Below are positions 20,403-32,063 of a stretch of DNA of 64,000 nucleotides, in pieces (within the stretch, counting starts at the first letter, position 1; every line of letters starts with the position of its first letter). The notes below the pieces were generated by a model, which saw only the letters and a list, made by a program, of their open reading frames with translations, made no database searches and was not told the origin of the DNA. Both the position numbers and the translations under genes were made by a program. The stretch comes from Dehalococcoidia bacterium (GTDB lineage Bacteria; Chloroflexota; Dehalococcoidia; Plut-88900). The stretch lies in contig CBDBLV010000003.1 of NCBI GenBank assembly GCA_965207225.1, forward strand, positions 96,001 through 160,000, read 5' to 3'.

Positions 20403-23366
20403 ATGAGTGAGGCGAAAATGGAAAGAGCGCAGGTGGGAAGCGATGCGGACACCGATGGCTGTACACCGCGAAAAGATAATGGGCTGAGGTCCACCCCCAG
20501 GCTTGAGGACTGGGACGACTGGAAGGAGTATGACCCCAGGGAGTGGCCCCGCAGGGTGGAGCGACGTTACACCCTGGTCCCGACCGCATGCTTCAACTGC
20601 GAATCGGCCTGCGGCCTGCTCGCATACGTAGACAAGGACACCCACCGGATACGCAAACTGGAGGGGCACCCCCTTCATCCGGCCAGCCGGGGCCGGAACT
20701 GTGCCAAGGGAGCCGCCACCCTTAACCAGCTCACGAATCCCGACCGGATCCTCTATCCCTTAAGGAGAGTGGGCAAACGGGGAGAGGGAAAATGGCAAAG
20801 GGTGTCGTGGGAAGAGGCCCTCGAGGACATCGCCGGACGCGTCCGAAAGGCCATTATCGAGGAGCGACGCGACCAGGTGGTCTATCACGTCGGCAGGCCG
20901 GGTGAGGACCTGTATACCGAGCGGGTGCTGGCTGCCTGGGGGATCGATGGTCACAACTCTCATACCAATATCTGCTCGTCCGGCGCCCGACTTGGCTATG
21001 CAGCATGGATGGGAATGGACCGCCCCACGCCCGACCATGACAACGCGAAATTCATCTTGCTCATGAGCTCCCACTTGGAGGCAGGGCATTACTTCGTACC
21101 TCAGGCCCAGCGGATCGTGGAATCCCAGGCCTCTGGTACTAAGGTCGCTGTAGTCGACACCCGGCTGTCCAATACGGCCTCCAAGTCGGACTACTGGCTG
21201 GCCCCGAGACCTGGTACCGAAGCGGGTATGTTGCTGGCCATAGCCAACTATCTGCTCCAGGAAGACCTGTACAACCGCCCTTTCCTTGAGAAGTGGGTCA
21301 ACTGGCGAGACTTCATGAAGGACCAGACCTATCTCCGCTACCTCGTCGATCAGGAACTCCTGGGTCAGATACCCGAAGACTATTCCTTAGACAGCTTCAT
21401 CCAAGTGCTGAAGGACCTCTACGGCGGATACACCTTTGAATGGGCTGAGGCCGAAACAGGTGTATCTGCCAAACAGCTTCTTGAGGTTGCGGAGGAGGTG
21501 GCCCGGGCCGGGACCGCATTCGCCAGCCACATATGGAGAAATGCAGCTGCGGGGCACCTGGGCGGGTGGATGGTGCCCCGGACGCTCTTTTTCCTGAATG
21601 TGCTCACCGGGTCGGTCGGTACCCCAGGCGGCACCCTGCCCAATGCCTGGGCCAAGTTCGTGCCCCGGGCCTTCACCCAGCCGGCCCCCCTGAAGAACTG
21701 GAACGATGTCCACTTCCCCCCCGAATATCCCTTCGCCCACTTCGAGATGAGCTTCCTGTTGCCCCACCTCCTCAAGGAGCGAGACCGGTCCATAGATGTC
21801 TATTTCACCCGGGTCTACAACCCCGTTTGGACCAATCCCGACGGCTTCTCCTGGATCGATATGTTCCAGCACAGCAGCCGCATCGGGCTCCACGTGGCCC
21901 TCACGCCCGTGTGGAACGAGACAGCCCAGTATGCCGACTACGTCCTTCCCATGGGCCTCTCCCCCGAGCGACATGACCTCCACAGCTACGAAAGCCACGC
22001 ATGCCAGTGGATCGGGTTCCGGCAGCCCGTGGTCAGGGTAGCCAGGGAGAGAGACGGCGATCAGATAGACTTCACTCACCAGACGAACCCGGGAGAAGTG
22101 TGGGAGGAAAACGAGTTCTGGATAGAACTTTCCTGGAAGATAGACCCTGACGGCTCCCTGGGCATTCGGCAGCACTTCGAGTCGCCCTACAGGCAAGGCG
22201 AGAAGGTCTCGATAGGGGAGTATTACCGGTGGATTTTTGCAAACTCCGTGCCCGGGCTCCCCGAGACCGCAGAAAAAGAAGGTCTAACACCTCTCGAATA
22301 CATGAAGCGATACGGCGCATTCAAGGTAACCGACGACGTATACAGTCAACAGGAACGGCAGCTACCCCTAGAGGTTACGGGAAAGGCTGAGGTGGATGAA
22401 GAAACACGGCAGGTCTGGAGCTCGACTCCCCCGCCCCCGACCAACGTGCGTCCCTACCCCGGACCCTTCCGGGACAAGGATGGTCGGACCAGGGTCGGCA
22501 TACAGGTGGACGGCCAATGCGTCGAGGGCTTTCCTACTCCCTCGGGCAAGCTGGAGTTCTACTCGCCCACTTTTGCAGAGTGGGGCTGGCCCGAGTACGC
22601 CATTCCCATCTACCCCCGCAATCCTCAACAGCGGGAGAGCATGCCCCACATTACGAGCCAGGTGCATCACTCGATAATAGACACGTCCCGTAACGAGTAC
22701 GTACTCCTGCCCACTTTTCGGCTGCCCACCCTGATTCATACCCGCACCAACGGGGCCAAGTGGCTCCACGAGATTGCCCACATCAACCCCGTGTGGATTA
22801 ATCCCCGGGACGCCGCCCGGATCGGCGTAGTCACCGGCGACCTGGCAAGGGTCGAGACCGAAATAGGCCACTTCGTCGACCGCGTCTGGGTTACAGAGGC
22901 GATCCGTCCCGGCGTAGTCGCGTGTTCCCACCACCTGGGCCGGTGGCGGCTGCACAGGGACTCGGGGAGTGACAGGTGGAACTCGGCCCTGGTGACCATC
23001 GAAAAGCAAAACGACACGTGGTCCCTACGGCAAATCGAGGGCGCGACTCCCTTCAAAAGCGCTGACCCGGATTCGGAGCGGATCTGGTGGAGCGACGGCG
23101 GAGTGCACCAGAACCTGGTTTTTCCTGTCCAGCCCGACCCCATTAGCGGAGGCCACAGCTGGCACCAGAAGGTGAGGGTTGAGAAAGCAGGCCCCGACGA
23201 TGAGTACGGGGACATCTCGGTAGATCAAGACGCCGCATCCCGGGTGTACAAGAGCTGGCTGGAGCAGACCAGGCCCGCCCCGGGCCCCGGGGGCCTGCGA
23301 AGACCCCACTGGATGCTGCGCCCTTTGAAGCCCCACATCGACGCCTATAGATTCCAGAACTCGTAA
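20403..23366 (+). CDS. DMSO-reductase-family molybdopterin (bis-MGD) oxidoreductase catalytic subunit
   Basis: CFNCESACG..NCAKG [4Fe-4S] motif, PDRILYPLRR, ADYVLP, WINPRDAARIG. Confidence 0.92.
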   Translation: MSEAKMERAQVGSDADTDGCTPRKDNGLRSTPRLEDWDDWKEYDPREWPRRVERRYTLVPTACFNCESACGLLAYVDKDTHRIRKLEGHPLHPASRGRNCAKGAATLNQLTNPDRILYPLRRVGKRGEGKWQRVSWEEALEDIAGRVRKAIIEERRDQVVYHVGRPGEDLYTERVLAAWGIDGHNSHTNICSSGARLGYAAWMGMDRPTPDHDNAKFILLMSSHLEAGHYFVPQAQRIVESQASGTKVAVVDTRLSNTASKSDYWLAPRPGTEAGMLLAIANYLLQEDLYNRPFLEKWVNWRDFMKDQTYLRYLVDQELLGQIPEDYSLDSFIQVLKDLYGGYTFEWAEAETGVSAKQLLEVAEEVARAGTAFASHIWRNAAAGHLGGWMVPRTLFFLNVLTGSVGTPGGTLPNAWAKFVPRAFTQPAPLKNWNDVHFPPEYPFAHFEMSFLLPHLLKERDRSIDVYFTRVYNPVWTNPDGFSWIDMFQHSSRIGLHVALTPVWNETAQYADYVLPMGLSPERHDLHSYESHACQWIGFRQPVVRVARERDGDQIDFTHQTNPGEVWEENEFWIELSWKIDPDGSLGIRQHFESPYRQGEKVSIGEYYRWIFANSVPGLPETAEKEGLTPLEYMKRYGAFKVTDDVYSQQERQLPLEVTGKAEVDEETRQVWSSTPPPPTNVRPYPGPFRDKDGRTRVGIQVDGQCVEGFPTPSGKLEFYSPTFAEWGWPEYAIPIYPRNPQQRESMPHITSQVHHSIIDTSRNEYVLLPTFRLPTLIHTRTNGAKWLHEIAHINPVWINPRDAARIGVVTGDLARVETEIGHFVDRVWVTEAIRPGVVACSHHLGRWRLHRDSGSDRWNSALVTIEKQNDTWSLRQIEGATPFKSADPDSERIWWSDGGVHQNLVFPVQPDPISGGHSWHQKVRVEKAGPDDEYGDISVDQDAASRVYKSWLEQTRPAPGPGGLRRPHWMLRPLKPHIDAYRFQNS

Positions 23367-23399
23367 TACAATGGCCCTGCGTCGGAAGGAGGGGATGGT

Positions 23400-24533
23400 T
23401 TGAGCATCAAGGCATTGATAATCGGGTTGGGGGACGTGGGGGGTTGGGCGCTGGAATTCCTGGCCCGGGCCCCGGGCGTCGAATCCATAGCCGTCGCCGA
23501 CATCCGCGCCGACTGGGGCGAATACCGCACCAACCTGGCAGCCATCGGCGCGGCCATGAACGGCCAGGACAAGTCCTTCGAGTTTCATCGAGTCGACCTT
23601 TCCGATGTATCACGGACGTCAGATGTGCTTATAAAGGCCAAGCCCGGCGTAGTCATCAACGTCTCGTCCCTGCTATCCCCCCGGTCTGTCACGGAGCAGT
23701 TGTCCAAGATCCAGGGAGAGGTCGGGGAGCGGGCCCGTGCCGCGCTAACCATCGGGGCGCAGCTCCCGTGGCATCTCGCCACCGCTTACAGTGTGATGAA
23801 AGCCAGGGAGGAGTCGGGGCTGGATATCCCGGTGGTTAACGTGTCCTTTGCCGACGTGGTGAACCCCATGTTGTGGGGTGCAGGGGTGGGGGCGGTGTGC
23901 GGGGCAGGGAACTGCGAACACCTTGCCTATGAGATACGCCGTGCGATAGCAGTGGAGCACGAGCGGCCACAAGATGCTGCGCAGGTGTTCCTCGTAAGCG
24001 GCGGCAGCGCCATGCTCCACGCCGGCCCGGGCAAGCTCCCCTACTTCCTGAAACTCACGGTCGACGGCCGGGACGTCACACCCAGCTACGATCCAAAGGC
24101 TCTGATAGAGTCCGCCATCGAGAGCCGGTTCTTCCGCGGCGAGGGCCAGGCCCCGCTATTCTCCACGCCTGCGGCATCGGCGGTTAAGAACGCTCTGGCC
24201 ATAGCCCAAGACACGCAAGAGTTGATGACGGTGAACTCCCCGCTGGGCCTGCCGGGAGACTACCCGTCGAGACTCGGGACCCGGGGCGCAGAACTCGTAC
24301 TCCCCGATGAGTTGAGTCGGGAGGAGGCGGAAGAGATCGGTCGGGCAGCATTGCCCGTATTCGGTTTCTCGGCGATAGAGGAGGATGGGACGGCCATATA
24401 CTCGGATGAGACCCGGGACCGCCTCAAAGACTTGTTGGGATACGACTGCCCAAGGATTCATCCCTCCGAAGCGTGGGTGCGGGCCCGGGAACTCATGCAA
24501 GCCTACCGGGGGTTCCTGGACCTAAACACGTAA
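23400..24533 (+). CDS. NAD(P)-binding Rossmann protein (saccharopine dehydrogenase/LDH-like)
   Basis: IIGLGDVGG dinucleotide motif; C-terminal SPLGLPGDYP. Confidence 0.7.
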   Translation: MSIKALIIGLGDVGGWALEFLARAPGVESIAVADIRADWGEYRTNLAAIGAAMNGQDKSFEFHRVDLSDVSRTSDVLIKAKPGVVINVSSLLSPRSVTEQLSKIQGEVGERARAALTIGAQLPWHLATAYSVMKAREESGLDIPVVNVSFADVVNPMLWGAGVGAVCGAGNCEHLAYEIRRAIAVEHERPQDAAQVFLVSGGSAMLHAGPGKLPYFLKLTVDGRDVTPSYDPKALIESAIESRFFRGEGQAPLFSTPAASAVKNALAIAQDTQELMTVNSPLGLPGDYPSRLGTRGAELVLPDELSREEAEEIGRAALPVFGFSAIEEDGTAIYSDETRDRLKDLLGYDCPRIHPSEAWVRARELMQAYRGFLDLNT

Positions 24534-25771
24534 TGGCTTCAACCCCAGGCATCTACGAACGGCTCAGGAAGATAGACCCCAGCTGGCTTGTGCTGGCCAC
24601 CGCGTTCGTGGTCATTTTCGTTAACAGCGGGTCTCGGATGGTGTTCGGCGTGACACTGAAGCCGATGCAGGAGGACCTGGGGTGGAACAGGGGACCGCTT
24701 TCCCTGGTGCAGACCACCTATATGGTGGTCTCCGCGTTTGCCATGCCTCTGGCGGGCCGACTCGCCGACAAGTACGGTTTTCGGCTGGTAATCGCATTCT
24801 TCGTGCTGGTCCTGGCCGCGGGCGCCGCGTTCACCGGCCTCATCCAGGCGCCGTGGCAGCTCTTCCTCCTATACGGCGTTGTGTTCGCGATCGGGAGCGG
24901 GGGCTCGAACCTGGGCGTGCTGATAGTGCTGGTAAGCCGCTGGTTCCCGAGAAATCCAGGCAAGGCCAACAGCACGGCAATAGCGGGCGGCGCCATAGGG
25001 CAGCTGGTAATCATCTCCATACTGTCGACGTTCCTACTCGACTCTGGGTGGCGCACTTCCTATGTGGTCGTGGGGCTGATAATTCCCGTACTCAGCGTGC
25101 CAATGCTGCTGGCCTTCGTCAGGCAACGACCGGCAATGGAGGTAGGCAAGGAGTCGACGCCCGCGGTTCGGCAGATGGAAGTGGGGAATACGTACAAGGG
25201 AGTCGTCACTTCCCGAAAGTTCCTCACCCTGATCTTCATGCTGTTGATTTGCGGTTTCCAGGACTTCCTGGTCAGCACGCATATCGTCGCCTTCGCCACC
25301 GACCAGGGAATCAGCCCCGTACTGGCGGGCAACCTGCTGGCGATAATGGGGGTGATGGGGATGATGGGGGTGTTGTTCTCCGGATATCTATCGGATGCCC
25401 TCGGGCCCGGGAAACCTGCAGGATTATGCTTCTGGATAAGAATAGGCATCTTCTCCCTGGTCGTGATATCGAATTCACAGCCGGCAGTCATTGCCTTCGG
25501 CCTGCTTTACGGGTTCACCTTCTTGATGACGGCCCCCCTGGCCCCGATCTACCTGACTCGGGCCTTCGGGACTCGCAACCTGGGGGCGCTCACCGGCACA
25601 GCCAACATGGTGCACCAGATCGGTGGTGGGTTGGGAGCTTACGTGGCAGGGCTGATGTTCGACACTTATGGCAACTACGACGCAACCTGGGTCTTGGCCC
25701 TGGGGCTCTCGGTGATCGCCGCTATTTCGGTGGTTGCCATCCGAGACCGGGATATGTTCTGTATGCACTAG
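24533..25771 (+). CDS. MFS transporter
   Basis: About 12 TM; GRLADKYG and GYLSDALG motifs; ATG overlaps the upstream TAA. Confidence 0.88.
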   Translation: MASTPGIYERLRKIDPSWLVLATAFVVIFVNSGSRMVFGVTLKPMQEDLGWNRGPLSLVQTTYMVVSAFAMPLAGRLADKYGFRLVIAFFVLVLAAGAAFTGLIQAPWQLFLLYGVVFAIGSGGSNLGVLIVLVSRWFPRNPGKANSTAIAGGAIGQLVIISILSTFLLDSGWRTSYVVVGLIIPVLSVPMLLAFVRQRPAMEVGKESTPAVRQMEVGNTYKGVVTSRKFLTLIFMLLICGFQDFLVSTHIVAFATDQGISPVLAGNLLAIMGVMGMMGVLFSGYLSDALGPGKPAGLCFWIRIGIFSLVVISNSQPAVIAFGLLYGFTFLMTAPLAPIYLTRAFGTRNLGALTGTANMVHQIGGGLGAYVAGLMFDTYGNYDATWVLALGLSVIAAISVVAIRDRDMFCMH

Positions 25772-25875
25772 CCCCGGACGGCAAGCCGAAACAGGCGCAT
25801 CCGTCATGCTGCCGGGTTTATGGACAGGTCATAGGGGGTCGGCTATCATGTTGGCCGTTTGCCAAAGGAGCCGAC

Positions 25876-27039
<1,164 letters not shown>

Positions 27040-27050
27040 GGACTGAATAA

Positions 27051-27929
27051 ATGAGCATTCTCGTAAACGACGAAACACGCCTGCTGGTGCAGGGCATTAC
27101 CGGCAGGGACGGCAGCTTCCACGCCATGCGCTGCCGTGAATACGGCACTAACCTGGTGGCGGGTGTGACGCCCGGCAAGGGAGGAACGGACGTGGAGGGC
27201 GTGCCCGTGTACAACTCTGTGGAGAAGGCGGTGGCGGAGACGGGGGCCAATGTGGCCCTGATCTTCGTTCCGGCGCCCTTCGCCGCGGACGCAATCCTGG
27301 AGTCGGCGGATGCCGAAGTGCCGCTAATCATCGCCATCACTGAGGGCATCCCGGTCATGGACATGGTGAGCGTGGGGAAGTACCTGAAGGACAAGCCGGT
27401 GAAGCTAATCGGCCCGAACTGTCCGGGTGCGATTTCACCCGGGTCCCGGGCCAAGGTAGGCATCATGCCGGGCAACATTCACATGCCGGGCAGGGTGGGC
27501 ATCGTGTCCCGGAGCGGTACCCTGACCTACGAGGCCGTGGCCCAGCTGACCGAGCTGGGCATCGGGCAGTCCACGTGCGTTGGCATCGGCGGGGACCCGA
27601 TAATCGGGACCAACTTCGTAGAAATCCTGAAGCTCTTTCAAGAAGACGACGACACCGACGCCATAGTGATGATCGGGGAGATAGGCGGGTCTCGGGAGCA
27701 GGAAGCAGCAGCGTTCATCAAGGAGAACGTTACGAAACCCGTGGTGTCGTTCATTGGGGGCGCGACGGCGCCCCCGGGCCGACGGATGGGTCATGCGGGT
27801 GCGATAATCACGGGAGAAAGCGGCACCGCCAAGGCCAAGCAGCAGGCCCTTAGCGAAGCAGGTGCAGCCATCGCATACAGCCCCGCTGAGATCGGATCGA
27901 CGATGCAGAAGGTGCTAGGCACGGGCTAG
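27051..27929 (+). CDS. sucD: Succinyl-CoA synthetase alpha subunit
   Basis: [30 protein letters not shown]. Confidence 0.97.
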   Translation: MSILVNDETRLLVQGITGRDGSFHAMRCREYGTNLVAGVTPGKGGTDVEGVPVYNSVEKAVAETGANVALIFVPAPFAADAILESADAEVPLIIAITEGIPVMDMVSVGKYLKDKPVKLIGPNCPGAISPGSRAKVGIMPGNIHMPGRVGIVSRSGTLTYEAVAQLTELGIGQSTCVGIGGDPIIGTNFVEILKLFQEDDDTDAIVMIGEIGGSREQEAAAFIKENVTKPVVSFIGGATAPPGRRMGHAGAIITGESGTAKAKQQALSEAGAAIAYSPAEIGSTMQKVLGTG

Positions 27930-28010
27930 CTGGCGACTTCAGAATTGACTCGGCTGCTATTGATAGGAGCCGGTCAATCTGCTATCTTCTGAATTCCTTA
28001 CGGACCGCAC

Positions 28011-28086
<76 letters not shown>

Positions 28087-28215
28087 CCCACCTTCCATCA
28101 TTACACCTGCACCTGAACGGCCTGCGCTCGCATTCTCCCAATGGTCGAATCAGTGTTGTCAATCAACGCTTCTGGAGCGAGTCACCCTTGGGGATAGGGC
28201 ATGCGCAAGTCGACT

Positions 28216-29061
28216 CTATGATTTGGCGTCCTTTTTCTCACTTGAGGTTGCCGATTCCGCAACGACCTTGACTCCTTCAATGGTCCCGGTAGCTGCCTTG
28301 CGCACGGCATCTCCGGCGGCATCGCTTACGTCGTATGCGGCTTCGATGGCGCCTGTTGCCACGGCGGAGGCGGTCTTCTCTGCATCGACTCCAACGGATC
28401 GTGCCGCGTTGATGGAGCCTCGAACGGCGGCCAGGGAGATCTGTGCCACGTCCTCACCCATAGCGGCCGCACTGCTGATGAGCTCGCGAGACGTGTCGCG
28501 GGCTGCGGTTGTGACATCGCCGCCCGTTGTCGCAACAGCCTTTACAACTCCGGCGATTGTCCCCTGAGATGCGACAGTCAGGGCCCCCCCGATTTCCTTG
28601 GTGCCGTCAATCGCGCCTCGGGTGACCTGGACGAGGGATTCCTCTGCGGCTATACCGACGGAGGCCCCGCCTCTAAGAGCGCCCTCAACTGCCTGTTGTG
28701 TGGCGACCCCGAGCTCTGCGCCCGCGTCACGTGAACCGCGGATGGCGCCGACCACCACGTCGTGGAGCATGGTTGTAGTCGCCGTGGCAACCTGGCCCGT
28801 TCCTTCAATCACACCTATGGCTGCATCCCTGATTACTGAGCCGGCACTCCCACCGATCTTCCCCGTGGCCTCCAGGACACCCAGCACTGCATCCTGTGCC
28901 AGGTGTCCGGCCTCGCCGCCGATGGTGCGCGCGCTTCTAAGGGCATTGACGGTATTCTCTCGGACCGCGTCGATGGCGAGTCCCGTGACTTCTCCGGTCC
29001 CTCGTACGGTGCTGGCTATCGAATCCCTGACCGTTGTTCCAATCCTGCCTAGTATTGCCAT
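28216..29061 (-). CDS. Ala/Gly-rich protein built of about 12 helical 22-aa repeats
   Basis: GGAGG RBS before ATG 29061; periodic RDAAIGVIEGTGQVATATTTML-like units. Confidence 0.8.
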   Translation of the reverse strand: MAILGRIGTTVRDSIASTVRGTGEVTGLAIDAVRENTVNALRSARTIGGEAGHLAQDAVLGVLEATGKIGGSAGSVIRDAAIGVIEGTGQVATATTTMLHDVVVGAIRGSRDAGAELGVATQQAVEGALRGGASVGIAAEESLVQVTRGAIDGTKEIGGALTVASQGTIAGVVKAVATTGGDVTTAARDTSRELISSAAAMGEDVAQISLAAVRGSINAARSVGVDAEKTASAVATGAIEAAYDVSDAAGDAVRKAATGTIEGVKVVAESATSSEKKDAKS

Positions 29062-29574
29062 AACATCCTCCAGTTCTTCCAAAGACAATGAGGGAGTGAT
29101 GCAACATTTTATCACAAGCCAAATGTTAGGCTGAGGCCGTCTATGTACACACGAGTATGGCCAGTAGCATGAGAAGCTGAGATCACCCTTTTAGGCGCGT
29201 CAGCTTTGTTTATACAATTAGCCAAGTCTAGTGTAATGACTCTATTAACCGCATTTGAATGCTGCGTTTAAGCCAAAGCAGATTTGTAAGCGAAATTAAG
29301 TTCACTTACTAAGCGAATCTCAAAGGGAATATGCAACAAGGTTATTATTACACTTCGACTTCTGGATCCGTTTCGAGTCCGGGCAGCCTGATAGAATAGA
29401 TCCGGGAGTGGCAGCTAAGTGGTCCGTGAGTGCGGTCTCTCTTCGTCAGACTGTTCACGGCCACGAAGACGTTGCCGGGGACTTCGAGGTGTGTCTGTGT
29501 CGCCGGCGGTTGTGCCAGGTTGTAGGCGTCGGACGGGGTTGGGCTAGTGCAAATCAGCCTTTTGATTGAGGTGT

Positions 29575-31035
29575 ATGGCAGTGATTCTGAATAGCGCACG
29601 CAAGACCGTCCTGAGGCATATCCGGCGGTCGCTGATAACCGGGCTGCTAGTCTTGCTGCCCGTGGCCCTCACCTACGTTATCGTACGTTTCCTGTTCGAT
29701 ATCGTGGACGGATTCCTGCGTCCCTGGATCGAGTGGCTCCTCGAGCGGTTCGGGATTGAATGGTCGTTGCCGGGGCCGGGAGTGGTTCTGGCCGTAATCA
29801 TAGTCTACCTGATCGGTGCCTTCGCCACTTTTAGGTTGGGGAGCATGGTAGTCGACTGGATACGAAAGTCTCTTCTCCGCATACCGTTCATCGGCACACT
29901 CTACTCAGCCAATCGACAGCTTATCGAGTCCTTTTCCGGCGCCAGCGTCACGGGATTCAAGCGGGTAGTGCTTGTACAGTTTCCCAGGGCGGATGCCTGG
30001 AGCCTGGGCTTTCTGACCGGGTTAACGGATGCCGCAGATGCGGAGAAGCTGATAATGACCTATGTTCCAACCGCGCCGCTGCCGAATTCGGGATTCGTGG
30101 TGCTGATGCCGCCGGAGGACGTTCTGGACACTGATCTGACAGTTCCCGAGGCGATGCAGCTCATATTCTCCGGGGGCATCGTCTCACCCAGAACAATAAA
30201 GACGAGAAAGATCGACGTGACTGAGGTTGAAAGACAGTTACGGGATATGGAGCAACCCGCCCATGCGGTAACGAGGGCGGTAGGTACGAGCGTTACCGCA
30301 GCTGCGACTAAGGCTGCGAAGTTATCCGTTGGGAAGATAAGGCAATCGTCTGCGAGAGCATTACATACGGTGGGGGCCGCGGCCCACGGGCCCAGTTCCG
30401 TCGCACGGGACGCCATGGTAGGGGCCATGCACGCTGTGGACTCTCTCGGGGTGTGGTCCGCAGAACACGTCAGGGATGCAACGATGGGTGTCGTGCTTGG
30501 CGTCAGGGACGCGACGGGAGTTACAACGAGGATTCTCCACGACGCGGTTGCCGGCGCGCTCTACCACAGAAAGGGGAGAGACGAGCAAACATCAACAATT
30601 CAAGGCGCTGCCGAGGGGACGATGCAGGTGGCGGCATCCGTGGGCATCCCCGCTGACCTCGCTGTGAGGCAGATATCTCGGGCGGCGGTGGAGGCCCTTA
30701 AGAACAACGAAGAAGACCTGATTGAAGGTGGAAAGGCTGCGATGCGGGGGATAATCAGTGGTTCGGCGACGGCGGGAGAGAATGTGTCGGTGGCAGCCGA
30801 GCAAAGCGCGTATGAACTGGTCTCCCATGCAGCGATGATGGAATTCCCGGAGCTTGGGGAGCTTGCTGAAGCGATAGCCGATGCCGCTGCTCAGGCTGCT
30901 GCGGAGCTTTCATTGGACCCGAATGAACTGGCCGGGACGGCAGCAAAGGGCTCTCTGAGGGCCGCCGAGGAGGCAGGCCATTCTGCAGGCGAGGCGGTTA
31001 AGGCGGCTATTGGGAAGAGGTATGGGGCGTTGTAG
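29575..31035 (+). CDS. DUF502 membrane protein fused to a 22-aa-repeat domain
   Basis: ITGLLVLLP..T, RIPFIGTLY, FKRVVLVQFPR, YVPTAPLPNSGF, EAMQLIFSGG; C-terminal repeats collinear with the 28216 protein. Confidence 0.85.
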   Translation: MAVILNSARKTVLRHIRRSLITGLLVLLPVALTYVIVRFLFDIVDGFLRPWIEWLLERFGIEWSLPGPGVVLAVIIVYLIGAFATFRLGSMVVDWIRKSLLRIPFIGTLYSANRQLIESFSGASVTGFKRVVLVQFPRADAWSLGFLTGLTDAADAEKLIMTYVPTAPLPNSGFVVLMPPEDVLDTDLTVPEAMQLIFSGGIVSPRTIKTRKIDVTEVERQLRDMEQPAHAVTRAVGTSVTAAATKAAKLSVGKIRQSSARALHTVGAAAHGPSSVARDAMVGAMHAVDSLGVWSAEHVRDATMGVVLGVRDATGVTTRILHDAVAGALYHRKGRDEQTSTIQGAAEGTMQVAASVGIPADLAVRQISRAAVEALKNNEEDLIEGGKAAMRGIISGSATAGENVSVAAEQSAYELVSHAAMMEFPELGELAEAIADAAAQAAAELSLDPNELAGTAAKGSLRAAEEAGHSAGEAVKAAIGKRYGAL

Positions 31036-31219
31036 CAAAGACCCCGTTAACGACTACGCAGGCCCGCTAGCTTCAATCCAATCGTGTGGTAATCGTTGTC
31101 GGCTTTGGTCCAGATTTCCACGTGACTCATGGCTGGCTCCCGGTCCCCTCAACTCCACCGCCCGCCGCCTTCTCACTAACCCTCTATTTGAGACCCGCCT
31201 CGTGCTTTAGCACAATGCC

Positions 31220-31948
31220 TTACTTGAGATTGGGGCCCGTGCTGCCCGGGGCTTGACTCCTCGATTCATCCGTGGAAGCAGAGGCAGTGTCTTCTCCTGG
31301 GGGAAAGTCGGGCGGGGACTCCTCGGAGGGGGGAGGTTGACTGCGGAGCCGATTTCTTATCCCCATTACCAGTTTCACCACCGCCAGCGCAATCCGCAAG
31401 ACAAACTCCAGGCCGATGAGGAAGAGCAGGTAATAGAGGATGCTCTCACTGTAGTCTCCTGCCACCTCCAGGCTTTCCAGCGAGTCCGTAACCGAGAAGA
31501 AAGAAGCGTCTACAAGGAAGATGCCTAGTACGGCAAAGGGAAGAATCTTCGCCAGGTCCCGAGACAGATCTTCCTTGAAGTAGGACGTGACCCGGATGGC
31601 GGATACCGTGGCCAGCGCTATCAACAAAGTCTCGGGAAAAGTCTGGCCCTTGGACAGAAAGGCCAGTATCAGCGTCAGGACTGCGAACCAGAAAAAGGCG
31701 AAGACCGGAAACAGTACAAGGTACTTGAAGACATACAGGACCACGTGGAGGACCGACCTCCCCGGCCCGTGGCTTCGGCCCTCGTACCTGGAGATGTCAA
31801 GTTTGAACATGTCCCGAGCCGCGACAAACCGATAGAACTTGAACACGAACACCGCGTACGCGGACATGCCCAGGACGTAAATTGAAACGGGCCACAGCAG
31901 GTCCCAGGCATCATTGACGTCCAGGCCCTTGGTGAATATGTCGTTCAT
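31220..31948 (-). CDS. Conserved-looking hypothetical membrane protein
   Basis: 4-5 TM helices; FKFYRFVAARD, AIRVTSYFKEDLSRDLAKILPF. Confidence 0.75.
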   Translation of the reverse strand: MNDIFTKGLDVNDAWDLLWPVSIYVLGMSAYAVFVFKFYRFVAARDMFKLDISRYEGRSHGPGRSVLHVVLYVFKYLVLFPVFAFFWFAVLTLILAFLSKGQTFPETLLIALATVSAIRVTSYFKEDLSRDLAKILPFAVLGIFLVDASFFSVTDSLESLEVAGDYSESILYYLLFLIGLEFVLRIALAVVKLVMGIRNRLRSQPPPSEESPPDFPPGEDTASASTDESRSQAPGSTGPNLK

Positions 31949-32063
31949 ATCCTCGCCTGCTTCTCCTAAAGGCAACTGCCGGCAATGCGGCGCCGCAACG
32001 CTATGATATCCTAAATGCGCTCCCTGTTTCCTGGATTACCTACCCATATATGGCGTTTTCGGC

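Larger units (their letters stand above)
28087..31163. mobile_element. 3-kb mini-island at tRNA-Ala
   Basis: 28070-28089 TCCCCTCAGCTCCACCACCC is repeated at 31144-31163 TCCCCTCAACTCCACCGCCC (18/20); no integrase inside. Confidence 0.6.
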
